From Cetorhinus maximus (taxonomy: Eukaryota), in NCBI RefSeq assembly GCF_964194155.1, contig NC_135892.1, positions 50,592,001 through 50,656,000 on the forward strand: 64,000 nucleotides of DNA, written 5' to 3'. The stretch's first letter is position 1, and the number at the start of each line of letters is the position of its first letter. The notes below the pieces were generated by a model. It worked only from the letters and a program-made list of their open reading frames with translations. It searched no databases and had not been told where the DNA came from. The position numbers were made by a program, and so were the translations under genes. This document shows, in pieces, positions 1 through 9,671 of this stretch.

Positions 1-802
1 CCCTTAGCCAAGTTCTATGTATCCTAGTCGTTGGGCTTCATCCTCAGTGGGGTCTTGATTCCTGAGGAGAGGGGGGAATAGATAACTGGCTTGCCACCAG
101 GACTCTGGAGGTTCTGTAGTTGGCATACAGAGCGGATGCGGCAGGTCTGACCGAGCTGCAATGCTCGCAGCGCCAGCAAGTCGGGGCAACCAGACAGATT
201 TTTGTAATTGTAAGGCCCAGATTCTTCAGTGTAGTCGCCATTAGAGGTCCAAGTGGAGGTGGAATTATTTGAGGTGAGATTGTATGATCATTGGCAATCA
301 CACCCACCCCCATTAAAGTATGTGAGTCTATCCTCAGATCTCGGGGCCTGCGAAAGGCACATCACCTCATTGGCCTTACACTCCCAAAAGGTAGTCATAG
401 GACCAGACTGGTTGTGGAACCGGAATCGGCCCTCCCGGTAAATATAATCAGCAAGGTAGGCACAGGAACCCAATGGCAATTCGCCCACCCGAGTACTACC
501 CTTGGTATAATTTCTCCTGACGCATAGCCAGGCCGGCCCCTTAACAACCACAAAGGTGGGCTCCCGTCTCCAAATGGGCGTTCGATGAACGAGGGCCCCC
601 GTATTACCTAGGGACCATGTAGAATCTGAGGGGAAAGCCAAAAATGCATCTCTGAGGAGGGGTTAACAGGAAAATGAGTACAAATCCAACATTTAGTCCG
701 ATTAACTTGCAAGGCTACGGCCTGCATTCGTTGAACCGCAGAATTGGTAGTCCATGCCTCCTCAAGGACCACGCAGGACAGGATCCAAATCAGAGTCAAC
801 AT
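1..802 (-). pseudogene. env: Gamma-type retroviral env (signal peptide + SU N-terminus), frameshifted, truncated by window edge
   Basis: ATG at 802 follows the integrase end. [17 protein letters not shown] is signal-like, then NRTKCWICTHFP carries the CxxC (CWIC) isomerase motif. Continues in shifted frames (641-288, 313-44, 189-4), Cys-rich with N-glycosylation sequons. Confidence 0.85.
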
Positions 803-1522
803 TCTGACAGCTCAGTTAAAGTTCCTGCACAAGCACTTCCATCCGAGGTCAGTGTCCGCTTGACATGCAATGCGTGGATCCACAAGGGACGTCCTTCAAC
901 CTTCACGGCCGTATGGGTGGTGAGCAGGACTTGGAAAGGTCCCTCCCATCAAGGTTCCAATCAGTTCTTTCTCCTGAAGGTCTTTACCAGGACTAGGTCC
1001 CCGGGCTGGTATTGATGGCAGTCTTCAATGGTGGGCTTTTTCTGAGCTTTTTTGTCTTTCCACCGCCCCAGTAGACTGGGGGTGGTATGGGCAGGAAAGG
1101 TGATGGTTGCATTGTAAGGCCCTCAACAGTTCCTTTATCACTTTAGCGATAAAATGAGGTCCATTATCACTTGATAAAATCTCTGGTATCCCAAACCTGG
1201 GTATGTATTCATACAACAACAATTTTGCAACAATAATAGCATAATTCCATCGGGTGGGATACGCCTCCACCCATCGCGAGAACAAACATACGATAACTAA
1301 AACATAATTATATCCCATACAGTTAGGCATTTGTATAAAGTCAATTTGTAGGTGTACAAACAGGCCCCATGGCTGGGGTCCCGTACCAGCAGTCACTGTG
1401 GGCATCTTGCCTGGGTTATGTCATTGGCAAAGCAGACATTGTGAAGCTATTTTAGCTGCCATGGCGAAAAACCCAGGCGCAATCCACATCTGCTGTGCCA
1501 TTTTGTTCATCCCCCCTTTGCC
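796..1522 (-). pseudogene. pol: Epsilon/gamma-type retroviral integrase with an internal deletion near 1030-1050
   Basis: GKGGM...CLLCQ zinc-finger half; HLQIDFIQMP, LSSDNGPHF and YHPQSTGAVER (DDE core); C-terminal QPGDLVLVK...[27 protein letters not shown]. In-frame stops present. Confidence 0.93.
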
Positions 1523-2640
1523 CCAATATTTTCAGCTCTATATAATGTCCTGCCGGGTGTTGACATAGGTATGACAGGTATTACTCATACAATGCCTATT
1601 AACATATTACTATTCACTATACATTCAACATTCATTCTATATACGCGTGTCAAACCTCTGAGCTGGTCAAGTCATGATTCTTGTGTCGTGAGAGATTCAA
1701 TAAGTACTTATTAGTTACCCATAAAGGGACTACCCCTTCATTAATCTGTCTTAAATTTTCTCAGGCTTGTTCCAGTGCCCAAGATCCATAGGTGCTGCAT
1801 ACATCATTTCTGCTCTCTTTGTCTGAAATATCTTGCCCTATTTCAATTAATTTATTGATAGTCCCCGCATGACTTTCGAGCACGGTAGCCAGGCTTTGGA
1901 TTAACTGTGTCACGTCCTGGTCCGTATCTAATTGGGTATCCTGGATCCCCTGTCCCCGCTCTAGAATCTCCTTAAGCTTAAAGCTCAGGGTACAGACCTA
2001 CTGGTCAACAGTTGCCAGGTTCTGAATTAACTACTGATGTCCCTATATTGAATATCGTAGCAGCATCATTTAACAGGCTGCGCTTAATGCGGTTCCCTCC
2101 CAAGCCTGATCGCATCTTGCCATTGAACTGAACTGCTTCAGTCATCAATTGGCGCATCAGAGCCGTATAGAGTGCTTGGGTATGGGTTGAGCACCACTGG
2201 GGCAGGACGACACCGGATACATTCAAGACTACGGGTACCAGCTTGTGGTGTACATTATCATACAAAACTTCTGATTAACCAGTACCAAACCATTCATCGG
2301 TCCTGGATGCACAGTTGGACAAGATGGGTCAGTCGGTGTGATTTGAGGGGCTTCAATTATCTCTACTCAGACTGTGGAAGAAGATGTGGAAGGTGGCTGG
2401 GTAGTGGCGGACCTCCCATACCCAATCTGAAGCAAACCCTTACTACAATTTGAAAGCACTTGTTCTCCTACTGTTACATTTATCATTCCCTGTTGCGTGT
2501 CGCATTCGGCACTGTCCATGCTGTACCAAAGTTCCTCCTGCGGTGCGGGATGAGCAGAGATGTTCCCCGACCTTGTTGCCAGTACTGATACGCCCATGAC
2601 CAGGATCGTAGGTCTGTGGAGACTTTAACATTGGCTCCCT
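1523..2640 (-). pseudogene. env: Second env fragment, fusion(F)-glycoprotein-like (non-gamma type), 3'-truncated
   Basis: Furin site RIKR followed by fusion-peptide-like SLLNDAATIFNIGTSVVNS, a long heptad region, CSTYGSW...QINEGVVPLWV, then LIGIV*VIPVIP...LYRAENIG. Stops and frameshifts present. Confidence 0.75.
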
Positions 2641-2659
2641 TTCTCCGGGTTATCGCTTG

Positions 2660-3285
2660 GTCAATTGTCGTGTATCTTTAACTGTGTGTAATGCCTCCAT
2701 TTGCTTCTCGTTCTCATATCTACAAGTGCGCATGAATCACCTGTCATAATTACCTCATATGGTCCATGCCTACTCGCTCCGAACTCACCTTGACCATCAC
2801 CTTATTCCCCACTTGGTCCATTGTTGCTCTTTTGATTTGCCTTGTTTCCATACCTTTAATCACCTGTCGGTCTCTGACTTCCTTCCTTAACTCATGCAAT
2901 TGCTTACTTAATTCCCTTACATAGTCTGTATTTTTCCTTTCAGTGGCCCTACATCTCCTCCTCCCACTAAAATGCCTTCAGGTAATTGCGTGGCCCTTCC
3001 TGTTATCAATTCAATGCGGTGAACCTGTTAGTCCTATTTGGTGTAGCCCTAAGGCACATCAGAATGCTGGGCAATACTGTGGCCCAGCTGTTGCCTGTCT
3101 CCTGAATTGCTTAGGCTATAGATGTTTTTAAAGTTCAGTTTATCCTTTCCACCATCCCTGGACTCTGGGGGTGGTAAGGAATATGGCATTTCTGTTTAAT
3201 CTCCATAAGATTACACACTTCTTTAATGACTCTCCCTGTGAAATGAGTTCCCTGATCTGAATCTATCTGGGTAGGCACCCCCACT
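2660..3285 (-). pseudogene. pol: Integrase core-C-terminal fragment of a second retroviral lineage
   Basis: GVPTQIDSDQGTHFTG...HIPYHPQSPGMVERIN*TLK...WATVLPSILMCLRATP...GNKVMVK...GPYEVIMTGDSCALVD...WRHYTQLK. Confidence 0.88.
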
Positions 3286-3289
3286 CCTT

Positions 3290-3540
3290 TCAGTTTACTA
3301 TCTCCTGCTGCTGTCTCATGTCAGACCTCAATTCCTTAAACAACTCTACAATGCACCTTCTTATCCTATCTTTCAATGGCTCAGTATCTTCACTTCCAGT
3401 GATGGTTCTCTCTGGGAACCGCTTAACTCTGCCTGTCATCAAGGTGTTAATCCTGTGGTCTTACTTTTTGTAGCTCGCAGGCACATTAATATAATCAGTA
3501 ATACATCTATTTAGCCTTTTCCAAGTTTTCCCTTTACCTG
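3290..3540 (-). pseudogene. pol: Third integrase fragment, paralogous to 2880-3090
   Basis: GKG*IDVLLIILMCLRATKSKTTGLTP/MTGRVKRFPERTITGSEDTEPLKDRIRRCIVELFKELR aligns by eye to the adjacent LMCLRAT...TGR..LPE...PLK segment. Confidence 0.72.
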
Positions 3541-5420
3541 TATCCATCTTGTGGTAAATTGTTGTTAAGTATTATTTCTCCTTACATTTCAATTCCTGAA
3601 CAACAGATTCCACATAGTTTTACCTCTAAGTTTTTTTTTCCTGACCATGATCATCCTAAGATTCTCTTGAGTTCAGTTTCTCTATTGTCAATGAGGATCT
3701 CTGTCTCTAGATCTTTGCTTATCTCCCCCTGTGCAGTTCCAATGCCTCAGTTGATGGCCAGATTATCAAATTCATTTCCCATAAAACAGTTTGTACATTA
3801 TGTCCTCTTTTCCTAACTCATTCTTCTACTTGCCTCATACCATTTTGCACATGCAACGGCTACCATCTTATCTTGTTTAGGTTGCCTGGAGAGACTTTAA
3901 AATAAATAAAATATTCTCATAACAGTTTTAAAAACAGAAATCAGGTATTGACATGTTTTGCTTCTTTATCTTCTTCTCAAACATTTTATTGTCTCAAAAG
4001 TAACCCACTAAATTGTGTCTGACCCTTTTCTTTTAGCATTATCCCAGATTCATTAACTCAGCCAAAAATTGGATTTCTGCCAAACTTTGTCAAGGTCTTG
4101 AGCTTAGTTTCATATTTTGGGAACAGACTTTACAAATACAAAAGCTTGCAGCATTTGAATTAGTGCCAATTGTTGTCAAACCTTTTAAAATGAAAATTCC
4201 CTTCTGAGAAATTATCAGGAACCAAACCTCAAATTTTAAACTTTGTAAGAAATGTAATTTACACTATCAAAATTAAAACGACCTCTTTCTTATGTGTGTT
4301 GATTTGTATCCAAGTTATAATTTCCGTATGTTTATCAACACATTCTTTATCTTAGATAGCATCCTAGTGATTCAAAAGTAACCTGTTAAATTACACTGCA
4401 CTTTACATCTCAAGATTGTCCCAAATTCAAATTACAGTGCTGTTGTGATGCAGATTTCCTTTAATATTTAATTCATCTCTTCAAAAGAAACCCCCTTTTA
4501 TCCATTGGAACCATCTAGACCGTGTGTTTATGTCTTTTGGTTTTCCTAGAATCCTTCTGAATTTCAAGTAATTTTTTTTCTCAGAATTTTAGAATACGAA
4601 CTCGTATGTATTAATCCCAATCAGCTTGGAAGCTGATGATGAGGGTTATTCCTTACTAGTCTGCAAGGGGGTGTTACAAGGGTTGGTTCATCTCAAACAA
4701 AGGCATGCCCTGTTTTATCTTTACACTACCTTCAAATTACGATTTTTGCCAGAAATCTCAACTCAAACCTTATACTCAAAACTTTGGAATGTTTGAATAA
4801 ACTTTTCCTTTAATCTAATATGGGGCTTTCGTCTCTAAAGTGCTCAACTACACAGACAAAAGACAATTCAGGGAAGAAAACACATTAAGTCTCACATACA
4901 AATGCTTCCTTGCACACAAACAAACACATATATAAAGGTATGTATTTATATTCCTATAATATTGAACTTAACTCTAAACAAAGCTTCAAGTAGCTGTGGG
5001 GGGAATAAAGGGATCTTGAAGGCTCCACCTATAGCGACCTTCAAACTGACATTTTCTCTGCTGCTGCTTGTCAATTGATCATTAACCCCCTAGGGGTACA
5101 TTCTCTCTCTCTCTCTTCAGCACAAACAACTCTTGTAACTTAGATCAATTCTTTTTTTTTAAGTGCAGAAAATTCAGTAGCGGACCTTTCGGGTCCATAA
5201 TGGACATACATATAAGCATTCGGGGTTCCCTTTGGAGGGGGAACCTGGGGTTTCTTTGACGCCATATTACCTATTCTCTATCTAATAACTAAAAAAGGCC
5301 AGTACTTGGCGGGTCCTCGACCCCTAATCTACTACTAAGGTACTTTCACCAATCAGTCCACTCACACGCTCAAGGGGTCCCGGACCCCGAGCCGCAATCA
5401 CGCACACACACAGCGTTCCA

Positions 5421-5608
5421 ACTCCAGGGGCTACCGACCCCGAGTATATTCTAAACCTAAACTCCAGGGGCTCCAGCCCCGAGTATATTCTAAAGCTAAA
5501 CTCCAGGGGCTCCAGCCCCGAGTATATTCTAAAGCTAAACTCCAGGGGCTCCAACCCCGAGTATATTCTAAACCTAAACTCCAAGGGCTCCAACCCTGAG
5601 TATATTCT
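5421..5608. repeat. 39-bp tandem repeat, ~4.8 copies, in the ERV 5' leader
   Basis: Unit actccaggggctccagccccgagtatattctaaagctaa starts at 5421, 5461, 5500, 5539 and 5578. Confidence 0.97.
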
Positions 5609-5660
5609 GGCCAGAGTGGTCCCGGACCGCGACAACTAATCTCCTAAACACTTAAACAGG

Positions 5661-5670
5661 TGACTTACCC
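5661..5670 (-). promoter_or_regulatory. Probable retroviral major splice donor
   Basis: GG|GTAAGT consensus ~140 nt downstream of the PBS, upstream of the leader repeats. Confidence 0.55.
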
Positions 5671-5807
5671 TAAGAGTCAGCCACAGGCAGGCGAAGGCAG
5701 ATCACGGGTCAATGAACCCCAGAAGCCCAAATCGGGCTGCCGCGGACTGAGGAGTCCTTGCACCGCAAGGTCCTAACGCTGGCGCTCCGTGACCCAGCCC
5801 TAAGGTC

Positions 5808-5825
5808 ATCTCGGTGGGACCTCCA
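5808..5825 (-). promoter_or_regulatory. Primer binding site, tRNA-Gln
   Basis: Minus strand TGGAGGTCCCACCGAGAT is the complement of the 3' 18 nt of vertebrate tRNA-Gln (...ATCTCGGTGGGACCT-CCA); it lies 6 nt from the LTR end. Confidence 0.93.
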
Positions 5826-5831
5826 AGAAAC

Positions 5832-6286
5832 TGTCGGAGATTAATCACACCGAGGCATCATTTCGTACGTAGAAACCCCATTTATTGCTTGTGCAGAAGG
5901 AAGACAGCACACAAAAGATCTACTGTACAGTCTCATAGTAGAATACACGCAGACCTGTTAAAAGCATTTTTACAGCCAATCAGTAAATTTTGCACAAACC
6001 TATCCGCTTATTTGCATAAGTTAACTGACCAATCCATATTTCAGTAAATTTTCATTCCCAGCACAACAGATGTGCTTACGCAAATGCTTATCACAATTCT
6101 GATTACATTGACCTGAGAAGGAACAAAATGGAATGTCTCAGGGCTCATCCTACAACTGTGGTCAGACAAGATGATATTGTTCTCAAGGTTGCAGTATTTT
6201 TCTCTTAGGCCTAGGCATACAATTCAACTTCCCCATTAACCCTTTTAGCACTAAATGGGTTCCCTGTAGTTGCCTAGGCCACGACA
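5832..6286 (-). repeat. 5' LTR of the ERV (455 bp)
   Basis: TGTCG...CGACA terminal inverted repeat, AATAAA (minus) at 5881-5886, CCAAT near 5975. PBS adjacent on one side and CR1 sequence on the other. Confidence 0.85.
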
Positions 6287-6920
6287 AAGTCAAACTGACT
6301 GTTCTGTAGTTGCCGGCATTATCTTTGCACCCCTTTTTGAACAAGAGTGTAATTCGCAATTTTCCAGTCCTTCGGCACCACCCCTGTGTCTAAGGAAGAC
6401 TGCAAGGTTATCACCAGTGCCTTTGCAATTTCCACTCTCACCTCCCTCAGTATCCTTGGATGCATCTCATCCAGTCCTGGTACCTTATTAATTTTAAGTA
6501 AATATAGCCTAATACCTCCTCCTTCTCAATTGTAAATTCCTTGAGCGTACCAGTTACCTCCTCTCTCACCTCGGCCTGGATAGCATCCTCTTCCTTTGTA
6601 AAGACAGATGCAAAGTACTCGTTTAATACCTCCGCTCCTTCTCCTGCCTCCACATGCAAGTCTCCTCTTTTATCCCGAATTGGCCTTACCCTTGCTTTTA
6701 CCACCCTTTTATTATTTACATGCTTATAGAAGACCTTGGGATTCCCTTTTATGTTAGCCGCTAGTCTCTTTTCATGCTCCCTCCTTGCTTTTCTGATTAG
6801 TTTTTTTCACTTCCCCTCTGGTCCTTTTATATTCAGCCTGATTCTCCATCGTATTTTTTACCTGACATGTGTCATATTTGTGCTTCTTCCTTTTCATCTT
6901 CACCTCCATCTCTCTCTTTG
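6287..6920 (-). mobile_element. CR1 LINE ORF2 fragment (ERV target)
   Basis: AEVLNEYFASVFTKE...NYRTVSL motifs typical of CR1 ORF2. Confidence 0.88.
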
Positions 6921-7184
6921 AAGATTACTAACAGAGCAGGAAAAGGCACCGGATTTCATCCAAGTACTTATAAAAGTGCCAAATGTTTCTCATGTTTTTC
7001 AGGTTTCATGGCCAGTTAGTGAAATTAATGATTTAAAACATTCTAAATAACTATGTTCTGCTTACTTAATTCTTAAAATACCTCATCTCCCAATATTGAA
7101 ATTTTAAACTGCTGTACAATTTCTCCTATTTAACTTCAGGTTGCAAACCAGGTTCAAAACAGGACCGTCCATGGAATTTATTGA

Positions 7185-7668
7185 AGGAGCCTAATGCATT
7201 TCCATTGTCAGACTAAGTTTATTTTATGAGGAAATGTTGAGCCTGTCCTCATCAGAGTTTAGAAGAATGAAAGGTGATCTTATTGAAACATAAGATTCTG
7301 AGGGGACTTGACAGGGTGGATGTTGACAGGATGTTTCCCCTCGTGAGTGAATCTAGAACGGGGGGCGGGGGGGGGGGGGGGTGGGAGTGCAGAGTTTCAA
7401 AATAGGACGTCTCCCATTTAAGATGAAGATGAGGAGGAATTTATTCTCTCAAAGGGTCATTAATCTTTGGAATTCTCTTCCACAGAGGGCAGTGGAGGCT
7501 CATTGACTATATTTAAGGCTGAGTTTGACATTTTTTTGATTGACAAGGGAGTCAAGGGTTATGGGGGCAGGCAGGAAATTGGAGTTAAGGCCACAATCAG
7601 ATCAGCCATGATCTTATTGGATGGCAGAGCAGGCTCAATAGCCTACTCCTGCTCTTATTTCTTATGAT
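7185..7668 (+). mobile_element. CR1 LINE 3' end
   Basis: EFRRMKGDLIET..KILRGLDRVD ORF2 end plus CR1 3'UTR (gatcagccatgatct...ctcctgct...tatg). Confidence 0.88.
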
Positions 7669-8088
7669 CAGACTATATGTCTATTCTTGGAGTCAGTAAC
7701 CAGCTGCCATTAAATATTATTCCTTGAGGAAGAATATTCAACAGGAATTTGTATTTGAATGATACACTACATAACAGCAGATCTGCATTCCCAAAACAGC
7801 TCCATATATTTTCAAATGTAACATGGTAATTTGAGAGCCACTCTAAGCATGGAAAATAGAAAAAAAAATCATGATGACACCCCAAATATTCTTCACATTT
7901 GAAATGTAATCATTTATCATTTTAAAGGCAAAATTAACTGTGCAATCACTGTCCCACCAGTTTCGCAACCAATTTAAGTAAAATGACGAGGTGCTTTCAA
8001 TAATGTTGTCAAGTGGCATGTACTCACCACATCAAGTTTGGTTTTATTAAAACTACTGAATTTCAGAGCTCATTCACAGTCTTGGCTG

Positions 8089-9155
8089 TGTTACGGACAG
8101 GAGGGGGTATAATTTAAACAGCTTCAATTTCCCCTCTCATCACCCGTCTGTAAACAGAAAGATGTTTTGATTTGCTCTCCCCTTTATAAGCAGAGGTGTA
8201 TTTCCCAACTCCTCAGTTTTGGTATGATCCAATTTTCTATTAAAAACCCCACAGCAAACTCAAGATAGGGTGAATTCAAAGGGTTAGTTGACTTGCACTT
8301 GGTCTCAAACCAGGGGAGGAGGCTGGCCACGTTGCCTCCTCTTGCATTCATAAAGTAAAAGAGCGATAGAAAAAAGATTTACAGGGCCAAGACCACAGAG
8401 AAAGGACATATTGTTTCATGTAGGTTCCAGAGTCCAGAATCAAAGTCCAATGAGGCATTCCCTCATGGAACTCAGCAGACTGAAAACCAATGTTGTATAA
8501 TTCACTTCTCTGGTGAAGTTGGATTCACATGATGAGATAGGCACACAGAGATGAATTAGTCTTGTAGGTGATGGTACAGAAGTTCCGCAGAGACAGTGTG
8601 AATGGGGCCAGGTATTCAATCTGGGCAGAGCCCCTCTTCTGTGTTCCTGCTTGTAGATGGCAAAATGACAGACTAGAGTTTGCAGTACAGCAAGACAATA
8701 TAACTGGTTCCACCAGCTAGAGGTTCACATCACATGACTCTCACATCTCCACATTGTTTTTGTCAAGGAATGTGTATCCCTCATCTGGGTTGCCGAGATG
8801 TTTAAACGTTCCAACCATTAAGCATTAAAAGGAAGGTTGTGGGGTTCTTTGCCCTAGTAGATGAATATGCTGGTTGGCCAACCTAGGTTAGGAAATGCAG
8901 GTGGCCTTTGCATAGTTCTCTTTGAATTTGATCTGTGTAGCCTACAGTGGTGTCTTTAGCGTCTCTTCAGAGATAATAATGTGCGAGTTTCCCTGATACT
9001 GCCAGAAAGCTCCTTTTGTTTGAGGGTGACAGACAGACATAGCTTCCGCCATTTTAAAAGGTCTTTGTCCAGTTTAAAAAGTTTTAGAAATAGCCTCAAG
9101 GATATCTATATCTATTTTAGAAAAATATGCAAGGTGAGATTTTGGTCACCTCACA
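8089..9155 (-). mobile_element. Solo LTR (~1.07 kb)
   Basis: Termini TGTGAG...CGTAACA on the minus strand; flanks gctg/actg form a 4-bp TSD with 1 mismatch; same termini style as the LTR at 26339. Confidence 0.65.
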
Positions 9156-9671
9156 ACTGCAACAGCCAAATGCAGGAGGAGAAATAACAGTAGCTGCTTT
9201 TGGCATCAAGGTAGTAATAAATAAAGCATGGCACCAAAGTAGCAAAACAAGGTTAATGGGGACCAAAAAGGAAAAGTATTCAATACAGGAGAAAGATGAT
9301 CAGGTTTCTCCATGAAGACTAATTATTGCTACCCCTGATCATCACTGCAGGAGGTCCTCGGGGTGGTGGTCTTTGTCAAGCATCTTCACCTACTTCACCA
9401 ATTACATCCCTTTCATCAGGTAATGTATCACACATGCCTGAAAAAGTCCAACCAGTTTACCCTTGCCTATCAAAAGCACGACCATTGCCAAGTTCTGCAC
9501 CAAGAACATCCTGAGCGTTATTGGCTGGAAGCTTAAGGATAACAAAAAAAAAGCAAGAAAGAGAGAAAATGAAAACCTGCATTTATAAGGCGAGTTTCAT
9601 GAATGTAGGATGTCTTAAAAATAATTAATTAGCTTCGAAGCATTTTAAGTTTACTTGGTAGATGAGCCATT

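Larger units (their letters stand above)
1..6286 (-). mobile_element. Endogenous retrovirus (class I/epsilon-like backbone, mosaic interior), 5' part; runs off the left edge
   Basis: Order on the minus strand: LTR (TGTCG...CGACA), tRNA-Gln PBS, splice donor, leader repeats, degenerate interior, integrase and env remnants. Inserted into a CR1 fragment that resumes at 6287. Confidence 0.92.

Noticed and set aside
5421-5608. CRISPR-like array
   Set aside because: Head-to-tail units with no unique spacers, no cas genes, and a vertebrate retroviral context.
5324-5635. 103-aa ORF (RIYSGLEPLEFSF repeats) as a real protein
   Set aside because: Translation of the 39-bp repeat with a non-ATG start; open only because the unit is a stop-free multiple of 3.
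5808-5825. tRNA-Gln gene on the + strand
   Set aside because: Only the 3' 18 nt including CCA match; this is a primer binding site.
7361-7385. G-quadruplex-forming poly-G as a regulatory element
   Set aside because: Slippage-expanded G run inside a CR1 copy; similar runs occur at 11650, 13140 and 48190.
9533-9600. Strong minus-strand splice acceptor with a U12-like TCCTTAA
   Set aside because: The pyrimidine tract directly follows ataaatgcag, which looks like a SINE 3' tail, and the downstream frame hits a stop after 24 codons.
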